This document shows positions 1 to 11,058 of a DNA stretch of 64,000 nt, one piece after another (position 1 is the first letter of the stretch; each line of letters opens with the position of its first letter). The stretch lies in NCBI GenBank assembly GCA_964057225.1, contig OZ059895.1, positions 8,432,001 to 8,496,000 of the forward strand, written 5' to 3'. The notes below the pieces were generated by a model. That model saw only the letters and a list, made by a program, of their open reading frames with translations. It was not told where the DNA came from and did no database searches. The position numbers were made by a program, and so were the translations under genes. This DNA is from Auanema rhodensis. Lineage: Eukaryota; Animalia; Nematoda.

Positions 1-483
1 GGCTAAGCTCGAAGAACATAGAGATAGCACTGAAGCAGTCGTTTATAAACAAAGCTAGGTTAAACAAACATACGTGGACTTGATGGTAATGCAACGTTCT
101 TGCTCATCCTTTCTGGTATCGGTGAAGCGGGTCTCTCCAGCCTTAGCTCCGGCAATAATACCGGCCTTAGAGACTAAGGAATCGGTAAGAGTAGACTTGC
201 CGTGGTCAACATGAGCAATAACGGACATGTTACGGATGTTCTTTTTACGATCCATAAGATTACGGATTTCATCGATAGTGAAGTTAACCTACAGACACAA
301 ATAATTAAAACATTGAAGCAGATAATTAAAAAAATTTTGAATAATTTTTGTTTATAATATTGGCTAGTACTTACAACTCTTTTACTAAGGACTTACAAGA
401 AATCCGAAAAGAGCTAAAGTACTAAACAAATCACAGCCAATCAAACAAAAAATATCATAAAATAACTTAAAGAAACTCACCAT
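1..483 (-). CDS. eef-2: Translation elongation factor 2, 5' portion (runs off window start)
   Basis: ATG alone at 483-481, GT-AG intron 480-289, exon 288-74 ([39 protein letters not shown]...ERCITIKST), 44-nt intron 73-30, exon 29-1 (AISMFFELS). Canonical eEF2 N-terminus and G1 motif. Confidence 0.98.
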
Positions 484-646
484 TATTAAATGCTACACGC
501 TGCCCTAAGCAACTTCCCTAGAAAACAACTAGGAGGGACAACCGCACAGGAGAGGCGGCGTTGAAGAGTGAAGATAAAACGTTGATGGATTCTTGGTACA
601 CACGAACTGCATTGAAAGACACGGTGATACGCAGCGTATTACGGTA

Positions 647-660
647 CGCGGGAATTTGAA
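647..660 (+). promoter_or_regulatory. E2F/CDE plus CHR-like (DREAM-type) element in the divergent eef-2/Claspin promoter
   Basis: CGCGGGAATTTGAA is a GCGGGAA E2F-like site abutting TTTGAA (CHR), ~175 nt upstream of the ATG of a cell-cycle gene. Motif match only. Confidence 0.5.
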
Positions 661-833
661 ACTCTTTTTCTTTCTTAAGTTTTTTTAATTTTCCGATTTA
701 TTAATCGAACGGTTTGTAGTTTAATCAACTTGTAGTTCTTCATCTTTGAAAATCATCCTTGATATTATGACACAATTTAATATTTAAATTTAATTCTCGG
801 TTTTTTCTAGTTTTTGGGTTATTTACACTTATT

Positions 834-3650
834 ATGGAAAATAAAGAGGGAGATATAATTGTTGATTCTACTACATCAGATAATAGTTCAGCTTTGAGCG
901 AACTTTCAAACAGCAATGAATCTAAAGTAAATTGTATTTTTCTTCAATCAAACTTGTAATTTTTGAATATTTTAAGAAGGAGTTAAGAGCAAAAAGATTA
1001 TTGGAACGCTTACGTTTATCTGGATTAGATGTTCCTAAGATCAATAGTGGAAATACAGAAATAGATCTTTCTCAGACGACGGTATCTTTATAAAAACATT
1101 ATTCACTTACGCTTTATTCTGTAAAGGATGATGATAGTTTGTGGTTGCAACAAAGATTCCCGACCTTAGCGAGTAAAAAAAAATGTGGAAAAGTAGAGTA
1201 TGTGAAAAATTGCTTTTAAAAAGTAAATATCATCTTTCTAGATCGGCTGTGGTTCCTGGAAGTCTGTGAACTCGTATTATAGTTTAAATGATAAATGTTT
1301 TTCAGAAGTTCCTTCTAAATTGGTTAAGATTTCTCTTAGAAATAGTCTTAGAGCTAAAACTAGAGCCATGTTAGAACGGCGACGTGAATTATATAATGAA
1401 GATAACCAAGATATTTTTGATGTAGAAGAAGATGAAGAGCCCGAGTATGAAGAAAGGTTGTCATTTAGATGTTTTGTATTTTTTAAACTGTTTATCTTTA
1501 GAAAGAAGAAAAAAGTAGTAAAACCTGTTACAGAATCGGATGAAGAAAATGACGATGATTGGGGTTTGTTTAATTAGCTTCTACTGTAATTATATATATA
1601 TATATATGCCTATTTTTAGTCGAAGATGAGTCAGGGTCTGAAGAAGGAAGTGAAGATGATGAAGCTGAAGATGAAGCAATGACTGATAATGAGGAATGTG
1701 AGAATGTAGATGATAAGCTCAAAAAGAAAACGAGTGACGAAGACAAAGTTCCTGAAAATATGGAAATTGAAGACAAAGAATTAGAAAACTGCAGCCAACA
1801 GAATGAGGATGAACTAACAGACGAGGTCACTTATTGTGTGTTATTTTTTTAAATATTTGATTTAAGATATCTATTTCTGATAGTACGGTGTTTCCCACTA
1901 GTTTGTCTCAATGGTTCAACGATGATAACAAGTTCAGTGTTTAGTCAGTATTCATAATAAAATATCCATTTTCAGTGAAAAAAATGAGTTGATTACGCCA
2001 GTTTTGTCAAGTTGGTTTTTTTTAAAAATTCGGTCATTTCTATTTTTTAACAGGGGAAATGAAGAAAAAAGACCCCGGACCAATAGAGTTAGCTGATGAT
2101 GAGTTATTAAATCTCTGTTCTGGGCGATTTGAAAGTCAAGCGGTGGATGAGTCAGATGATGCTATTAGGTAAATTAGATAATGAAATTTCGACTGCATAC
2201 AGAAGTTTAGTGATGAAGAAGATGTTATTATAAAGAAGAAATCAAAAACTATTAGTAGTCAGGGTGATTCTAAATTTGATTCTCAGATAAGTGCAGGTGG
2301 TGCGATTGTAGATGTATGTTTTGAGTTTTGTTTTAATTTGCTACTACGATGATTCAGAATGAAGAAGCATCATCGCAGCTTTTAGGTGATGTATTAGATA
2401 ATGTAGATGAATTAAATAATACTAAACGGGTTGTTGTTGAATCGGATGTTGAGTCTGACGATGAAGATGTTGTGAAATCAAAGAAGGCCAACAGTTAGTT
2501 TTTTTCATGTTCTATAATTGATATTGCTTTCAGAGGGTTCGAAAAATATATCCAGCTCCATGAACATGGATCCTGTTAAAGATAACGAAGATGCAGACGA
2601 GGAAGAGGAGGAAATAGAAGACGAGGATGACGATGAGGATGACGATAAAAACTCCGGAGCAGGTTCAGAAGATGATGAATTAGCTGAATACAATCGCTTT
2701 TTAAAAGCAGATCACAAGAGGAAGTCAGAATTAAAGTAGTATATCTGTTATTCTGCTTTTTTTGTTTCAGATTGAAAAAAGACAATTTCTTTGATGATGA
2801 AGCTTCTTTATCTGGCGATGATGTTGGAAGTGACCCTGAAGAAGAGGAAGAAAACGACGAGTATGAAATGGAAGAAGGTCTTTAAAAATTGTTTTTATTT
2901 CATGAAGGTTTATGTAATGTTTAGGAGATAATGATGATCTCCCTGACGCGAAAACAATCCAACTTCAAAATCATAAACATTTAATGAAACAAGAGCTTCA
3001 GAAAGAGCATCGCGCTATTGTTCGTTTACAAGAAAGGTATGATGAGCTCGTTTTTCTTATACTGACCAAACGTGTTTAAGACTTTTGGCTGATGGTGATT
3101 TGGGGGGAATAGAAACTAATCGTACTTTCCGTGTGAGATTAAGAGATGAAGCCGATGCTATTGAAGATGTTGATATGCTCGCTGATAAGGTTGATGAAGA
3201 CATTGAAAATGATGAGGATATATTGCTTGGTACTGAAGCGTTAAAAATGAAGTTGGAATTGGTAACCATTAAACTTTAATTAATTCATCTATTCATTTCT
3301 TCTAGGAACAAGCAGTCTCTCTGAACACTGAGAGAGAAATTTCAGTTGAAGAAGATGCCTTGGAATCTGCAGGATTAGCTGCTCTAACTGCATCTGCGTC
3401 TTTCGTAACAGTTAAGAAAAGTGTTCCTTCTCTTCTCAATAAAGCACCTTTAGCTGCTTTATTCAAAGAAACGACAGGTATTTCTCGCGAAATTAGAACT
3501 TCTTAACTTCTATTATTAGGATCGGTAGCTGTAAAGCAATTATACACATCTAATGTGGGTACTGCAGCAACTAAACGGGTAATTCCAGCTGAAACCGCAC
3601 CGACAGCTAAACGTAAAAAAGCCATTTTGCTTGATGTTTTAACTGAATGA
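834..3650 (+). CDS. clsp-1: Claspin/Mrc1 replication checkpoint adaptor (multi-exon)
   Basis: ATG 834, TGA 3648-3650, many GT-AG introns, highly acidic. Chk1-binding motif ELLNLCSGRFE at 2101-2133 and Claspin/Mrc1-type FFDDEASLSGDDVGSD at ~2786-2833. Confidence 0.88.
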
Positions 3651-3828
3651 TTTCTGTACTATTCAAGATATACATGCATTGCTATGAACTAACTCAACTT
3701 TTGTGACTACATGTAAATATGAAGATTTAAGAGCGGTTTTATATTTTTGTTCTATACTTATAAGTTTTTTCTTATATATGTATATCTTAACTAGCAAATT
3801 GTTAAATAAAACATACTTATATATACAG

Positions 3829-4396
3829 ATGCTGCGCATAATCTCAGGGCCTCTTCGATCAGCGGTTTTATATACTTGTGAGAATATTTTTCTTTTGAAA
3901 ATTAATATTTCTTTCTGTTTTAAGCTACAAGAAGTTTTGCCGCACCTGTTGCCTCAAAGGTAGTTGGTGGAAAGGTTGATAAGAGTTTTGTATCAGATGA
4001 GGCAGAGAAATTAGCTACTCATGCTTGTATGAATTTTTATGTTCAAGGTATTAAGTTTTTTTTCTTTCTTGTTAATGTCTAAATTTAGGAGAAGAGCCTG
4101 GTCCCAAATTAAAGCCAGATTCAGAATATCCTGAATGGTTATTTAAACTAGATTTAAATCCCCCAAAAGAATTAGAAGATTTGGACCAAGAAAAGGTTAA
4201 TTTCTTATCATTCAAAAAATATCATATCTATCTAGGATGGCTGGGCATATTGGCGAGCATTACGAAAGAGGCAAATTTCTCAAAATAGGAGATTAGCGAA
4301 ACTGAAATTAAGGTAAACATATCGAATAATATTCACGCAATCAATATTTTTAGATTCCTTGCTTTGCAAAATGGGAAAACAGGAAAGAGTACATAA
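3829..4396 (+). CDS. mrpl-54: Mitochondrial ribosomal protein L54 (mL54)
   Basis: ATG directly after a CAG acceptor; spliced product contains [23 protein letters not shown] and [10 protein letters not shown]; TAA 4394-4396. Confidence 0.9.
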
Positions 4397-4561
4397 TTGT
4401 AGATTTGTAATAGATTTAGTTCTTTGTTATTGTTTTTACATTTTAGTCATGGAATGCATACAGTTTATTGAAAGACTTTGAACACTATGCAAGGTGATAA
4501 ATATTCAACAATTTAAATATTTAAATAATATAAATAAAATATAGAGGAATACAAATTAAAA

Positions 4562-6653
4562 TTATAATGCCGTTTCATATTCTAACCCATATTTCTCCAT
4601 TGAATCTGTATTTATCTTGAATGCTCCTAAATTATTTTATGTTTCGAAATCATGCTTGAACATTTGAAATATTACCTCCATCACCCCAGTGACTTCCAAA
4701 ACTATTGATTGCAATCCAGAAATGGGAACCATCATCTTCATAACCCCATCCAATTAAACGAACAACATGCCAATATATAATTCTATCACTGAAATCCTCA
4801 TTAGGGAAGGGCCGGAAGACACCTATAAAGAGATATTCAATTTAAAACTTCTTCTGAACAGTACCAGAGGCATAATTTAAGAATTCTTCTGGCACGGGAA
4901 AAGCCATGGTAGTTGGTCCAAACATTGAGATTTCCTTCATAATAAGAGTTCGGATCTGAACTTTTATACTAGATACTATATATTAAATATGCTTACCTCT
5001 GTTAGATTCAAGGGAGTTGAAGCAGTAGAGTTAAAGTGACCAATAATGGTGGGGACTTTGTCACGTACAGATCCATCAGCACTAATTGTCATACTTCGAG
5101 GATAAAGGGAATAGGCAAAAGAAGCTTCAAAATTCAAAATAATATGATATTAATTGATGTACGAACCATAATGTTTGTCCTCATCATAAGTATTTTGATA
5201 GTATATATTCTGACACCGTCTCACGCATGTTCTCTTTTGCTCAGCATCAAAGAAGGTAGCAGGTGAGCATGGTACTCCACAACTACGATCGAAAGAATAT
5301 GGACGGCAGCCATCTCTTCCTCCTTTAATTAATCATTTTGAATATAACTGTGCTTTTTATGTGTTGTATAAACAAATCAGCTGTAATTTTAAAATATGAA
5401 ATCTTTGTGATAAGTACTTATCTGCATTCTAGTGATTGCAAGATAAGCATAAATATATAATCTTTTTGATTGGTAATCAAATTTTATAATGTGTTTAGCA
5501 TTATTTTTAGAGTAGACAAAGAAAAAGCACCCAGATAAGAGTGGGGCAAGAAATTGCTTCAACAGGTCTATGTCAATTAAGAGTAAAGCTGTCAATAATT
5601 TCTTCACACCAAACGGGGGAGAGAGATTCTCCACAGTATAGTAAATATAATAAAAACCTTCATCTAGAACAATGTTGTAGATTTGGAATTTTTTAGTGAG
5701 ATTAGAACGGGATATTTCAGTTATATCAAAAAATCTACGAGTTACCAGTGACTAATCCTTCATTAACCCAGTATGTTAATGCTTTCAATGGATCTCCACC
5801 ATAGCAATTTCCACAGACTGAGCAGCAACCGAGTACATCTTCTTCAGAAAATAGAGAGCGATGGGTTCCGTTTGAGTGAATACAAGCTCGGTCAGCTGCA
5901 ACTCCTACAGCGGCTACTGCCTATATCGTAATCATACAATGAAAATTTTAATAACACAGCATACAAAACAACTTCCGCATCCTCCTTGATTAGGAACATT
6001 TGAAATTGATGGACAATGTGGCCATTTAACTCGAGAATCGAAAGATTTTGGTACATCGGCATCAGGGTAATCAGCTAATTGTCTGTAAAACTATTATGAT
6101 ACAACAAATACTAAATTGAGCATGAGAAAATGGTTTGCTGTTTGACAATAAACAAATAATATTCTCGTTAAGGAGCAAAATACATCATCATACTTATTAA
6201 ACTTACTTAAGATGTTGTTTCATAGATTCAGAATTGAAGAATTTCGTGATTTCATCAAAATATTCTTGAACTGCAGTTGCATTGCGTGTATATTGGAATC
6301 CATATGACTTCTTCTTGATTCCAAATTTGTTGTATTTCGCCTGAAAAAAAATTATAATTGGAATTTGAATTAATTCAAACCTTCCAGGTAACGTTGGGAG
6401 AATCATTAATTTGTTTAACAAGCTTTCTGGTGTAGTCATTATTCTCTCTTGTTTCAGTTTCTGCTTGTATGGATTGAATATAAAGATATACGGCTGCACC
6501 AATAATCAGCACTCCTTAATATAAATATAAAAATATTTTTAATTAAAATGTCAAACCTATGAATCCAAGTACGGTAACAACTCCTATCAAACATCTTGTA
6601 CGTCGTCTTTGTCTTTGGTGATGTTCAAATGAGGGACGACGTTCTTTCATCAT
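4562..6653 (-). CDS. Cathepsin B-like papain-family (C1A) cysteine protease with N-terminal transmembrane segment
   Basis: Spliced product: MMKERRPS...CLIGVVTVLGFIGVLIIGAAVYLYI (TM), VPKSFDSRVKWPHCPSISNVPNQGGCGSCF, GNCYGGDPLKALTYW, YWHVVRLIGWG, WIAINSFGSHWGDG; ends EYETAL*. Catalytic Cys/His/Asn present. Confidence 0.9.
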
Positions 6654-9600
6654 GTCTAAATGCAAAAAAATATCAATAAGTGATCTACATTGCATGTGGG
6701 TTCGGAATCGGAAACATAATTTAACATGGAGGAACTGTTATTTACAAATTAATTTTCGTAACACTTGAGTAGAGAATACTCAATGCACATATAAGATCGC
6801 ATGAAAGAACGAGCACAAGCCGGTGGGACGAAGTGAGTGGTGATTCAGAGGTAGGGCTTTCCTTTTGTTTCCTTCTCCTCCTTCTTTCTTGCAGAAACTG
6901 GCTCGATGCCTTCTGGGAAACGAGAGAGCAAGAAACTCAGCAATGGGGAGGGAGAAGCAGAAAATGGCTATTTGCCGGACTACCGAGCTGAGGGACGATG
7001 ATCGCATTTTTGAAGAAAGGAGAAGCAAGATGAGAGAAGAAGAAAACGTTTTCTGACATTTTAGGAAGATACGGGCAACTAGAAGACGGCTGGAGGTCTG
7101 ACAGAACGAGCAAATAAAGTCCAGATATCGATAAATCAGGAGATTTGAGTTGGAGAGCAGCTGCCCAACTTTAGCTTCTGTATGATGGGTGTGCGAGGAG
7201 AAAGCCGTTTGGATTGTCAATATTTCGCGGATGCTATTTCTGCTCATTTAATGACAGATTTCAAATGTATTTCTTCACATTTAATAGGCAACTAGCTGAT
7301 CAACAAGGAGAAACAAGATTCGGACACGATCAGGCTAGAGGATCAAAGTGACATCAGTGGTCAGTCAACTAACCGGATCGTCTGGATTCAGTGAGAAGGT
7401 GAGAAGTCGAACTGAAGCAGTATGAATGAAAACTGAGGAAGAGATGGAAAACAGAAACGAATATATAACTCAAGTATATATTGAAAGATCAATGAAGATT
7501 GATCACCGTATATATTCTCGTGTCTCTATGAACAAACGAACTTCATCTTCAATCAACACCCACTTTTCAATCATCATCACGAGTGAAGAGCATCGTATCA
7601 CCTCAATTTTCATGAATGACTTTGAAAACTAACTAAAAGGTCAAGTTTTGTTTCTTTTCTTTATTCATTTAGTGAGATTACAATTTTTTTAGTTTTATAT
7701 AAAAAATGTATTTTATTTTGTCTCTTGCAGCTTTGTATAAGAAATAAACTTTTTTTTTCCAATTTTGATGTATGCCAAAGATAAGTTGCCGAATTTATGA
7801 AAGTAGTCGAATATCTCATACATCAGTTTAATGGTAATTCACAGAATATTGTCACATAAACATCATATGTAGATATTGGCAAAAGACAAAAAAATCTAGA
7901 TAGCGCGGCTTTTTCAACAAAATACAGCATGAACATTTCGAAAAAAAACAGAAAAGATAATATATTTTACAATATAAAAGTTATTATTATAGTACATATG
8001 AGATGCGTTTTTAATTTATAGATCACAGCTTTTAAGACATGTAGTTCTCAAATGATTTAAATGCAGAAAATGACGTAATTTAAACTAAGAATTTAGAATG
8101 AAGCAATGAATAAGATCGACGACGTGTGAGCACAATTCTCGAAAAAGAAAACGGAAGTTGAAAAGTCGTTGTAATCTTAATTTCTATTTCTCATTGGGAA
8201 TCGGCTATTAATAGTAAATATTATAATTATAAAATAAAGAATAAAGAAAAACAAAGAAATGAAAACTTACAAAAATAAAAATTATCAAATAGCTAGATTT
8301 TTAAGTTTTAATGATGAATTTGCCACAGGTTCAAAATTGGCTTTTAGAAAATAAATTTCAATACTATCTTCGAATAGGCTGGTAGAAACGAGTGGCGGCG
8401 AGCACTCGAGAGAAAAACAGACTAATACGAAGAGAAAGCAAGACTCTGTAAGCTTGAAGGAAAATGAGAAATTCAAATAGAACAGTGTATTAGTTCATTT
8501 AGTAGCCATACTAAGAGAATTGAAGAAAGCACGCCACTAAAGAGAAACCGTGTGCAAGACTTGTATCAAAAGGTCTTCTTGGATTCGAAAGCGCAGCTGT
8601 TTGTCATTGGCCAAGCCCATAACATTGCTCATATTACCTACACAATTGTATTTTCACACCGTTTGAATCAATTTGAATACTATTTTTTTTAATATTTTTT
8701 TTTAAACCAGTATTTATGTTTCAAAAAACAATGAAAAAATGCTCTATAAACACAACCACTTAAGCAAATCTTGTGGGACGATCGTATTGAACTTTTCACA
8801 TTCTCTTCTATGTTCTGCCAGTTCATTTTGTGAAATGATGTTCGGATTTCAACAGATAGTCTATTATCTTTTTCATTATTCATCAAAATGGCGAAAAGGT
8901 GTTAACTGTCCATCTTTGGCTGGACAAGCAATGAATAGGCGTCAACAATTTCTGGACCGGAAACCGGATCCTTCATCCTAGTCTAGACATCTCTCTCAGT
9001 CACTATTGTAGAACAACCAAAAAAAACGTTTCTGATGTGCAATTGAAGAAGCTAAAAAATTATTTTCGAAAAAGGGATAGGAAATTAGACTTAGATGAGG
9101 TAAATTCATAGAAATTCGAATATAACAGAAAAATAATAAAAAATGGGTACTTATTCACTAAATAGTGGTTAGTACCTATGCTCTCGTTTTGTGCACCTTA
9201 ATTATTGACAACACAAAAGAGCTGACAACCTATCGACTTTCTATGTACGCTGTAAGCTGTTGCGACCAAGTCAAATAAGGACTTATAGTTGAAAAGCCAG
9301 ATCACAAACTATTCTACCAGGAAAGGAAATAAGAAAGTTTCCAATTTGTTTCCATTTCATTATGTTTTGTAAATAGAATATGTCCGAAATGTAAGCGAGA
9401 AAACGTGAATGAACTCAAGAATGAAACTTACTTAAAGGTTCACTTGCAGCATCTTGCCGCCTGTTTCTCATGTCGTTCAAATCCTAACTCCCGAAGGTGG
9501 CAATGTCTTCGTAGGATGGTTATTTACCGTCTACAAGGATAAACTCATTACTATTCTGAGAAAATGTGTTAAAGTAATAGTAAAAATCAATTTCATAGAA

Positions 9601-9802
9601 AACTGTAAGCAGTCAGCGAAAAATGCGTCCCAGCAACTGTGTAAATAAAGGTCATGATAGGTAATCGATGGCTGTTGACTGTGGAAAAAAATCATTTTTA
9701 TAAAAAGAGTTTAATTAAAAATATTCAAATCACAGCATGAAGAACATATTTACAAAATAAAAAATAGTTCATGAAAAGAGCAAAAGCATACGGTCCATAC
9801 CA

Positions 9803-10701
9803 CTAAGCCTCGAGCGCTACACGTTCTTTTTTAGGATTCTCTTTCTCTTTCTCTTTTTCTGAAACATATATTATAATTCAGAAAACTGTTTAGAGCGTTA
9901 CTACCTTTTTCACTAGCTGGCAAGATAGACTGGCCTGGCTCAGGTAGCGCTTCACCCATTTCTGACGCAAGAAGTTCGTCAAGTTCCTTCTCAACTTCTT
10001 CAACATCAACGGATCCTAGCTGTCCAGAAATAAGCTCATTTATTTCCTTAAACAGAAAAGTTCAGATTAAAATGATTATGTATGAATCAACCTGTTGATA
10101 TTCTACAGCTTCTTTAGTCTCATCCATCATTTTTTCTATTTCATCAATATCAAATAACTAAATTTAAGAGAATAATTTTAATTTATCATCAAATATTCAC
10201 CGTGTTAAGTTTCTTCAGAGCATCATTTCCTTGTTTCAAGCAGTCTACAACTTGTTTTTGAACTTGAGCAAATTCAATATCAGTAACCTGAGTTCATAAA
10301 AAAACAAATAAATATATATATTAAGAACTTGAACCATTTTTTCAATTTGATCAAGCTGCTTCACAGTTTGATCTATAACTTTTTCCTGATATTTTTTCTT
10401 TTTCAACAAAAGCAATGCTTTACTGAAATATATATTTGAATGATAACTCAAATAAAAATAGTCTAACTCTTTTCTCCCTTCTGAAATTAATTTTTTGGCG
10501 CATTCCCTTTCTTTTTCTAAGCATTTTTCCTTCCTCTTAATGAATTGCTTGATTTTATCCCGTTGTGTCTTCAATTGCTAAAAGCATTAGTAGCTATGAA
10601 AAAATTTGGTTCGAAAAACAAACCAATACAGCCTGATCGTGCTCAGTTATATCACAATTTTTAATAGGAGCGTTGCTCTTTTTAGAGAAAACACCTCCCA
10701 T
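9803..10701 (-). CDS. vps-20: ESCRT-III subunit Vps20/CHMP6
   Basis: MGGVFSK myristoylation-type start, ITEHDQAVLQLKTQRDKIKQF, ALLLLKKKKYQE; ends RVALEA*. Confidence 0.95.
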
Positions 10702-10745
10702 GATTCTAAAGAATTTGAAAATGAATGAATCTGGTGAACTGATTT

Positions 10746-10751
10746 AAGGTA
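10746..10751 (-). promoter_or_regulatory. Ur-element-like UAYYUU (UACCUU) ~40 nt upstream of the vps-20 trans-splice acceptor
   Basis: Minus strand reads TACCTT; acceptor AG at 10707-10706; taf-1 stop is ~350 nt upstream on the same strand, an operon-like layout. Confidence 0.45.
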
Positions 10752-11058
10752 AGATGTGACTGATAGAAACAGAAAGAACGAAGAAAAATGAAATTATGTT
10801 TATGATTTTTTTTAGAAGAAACATATTCAAAAACATGCAAGTATTAATAAATAAATATATCTAAACATAGGTTGAACAAGTATCAGACATTAGAATGTAT
10901 TGACACAAGTTTCATATATGAAATTTTCACAGTAGGTTTATCACGATCATCATCTAAGGCAACATATGAGAGGCAAAATAACTAAAAAAAATGAGAACAA
11001 TCAATTATGATTCAAGTGTAGCAGGGCTATGCTAGAATTAATAAGGAAACAAAAGAGA

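Noticed and set aside
1570-3269. Ser-rich minus-strand ORFs
   Set aside because: Antisense shadows of the acidic Claspin exons.
6780-7247. 155-aa minus-strand ORF and overlapping 63-aa plus-strand ORF
   Set aside because: No recognisable domain or exon chain; more likely regulatory/outron sequence upstream of the cathepsin gene.
7326-7381. Imperfect hairpin (ACGATC/GATCGT) as pre-miRNA or H/ACA half
   Set aside because: Large asymmetric internal loop, no H or ACA box, no known miRNA match.
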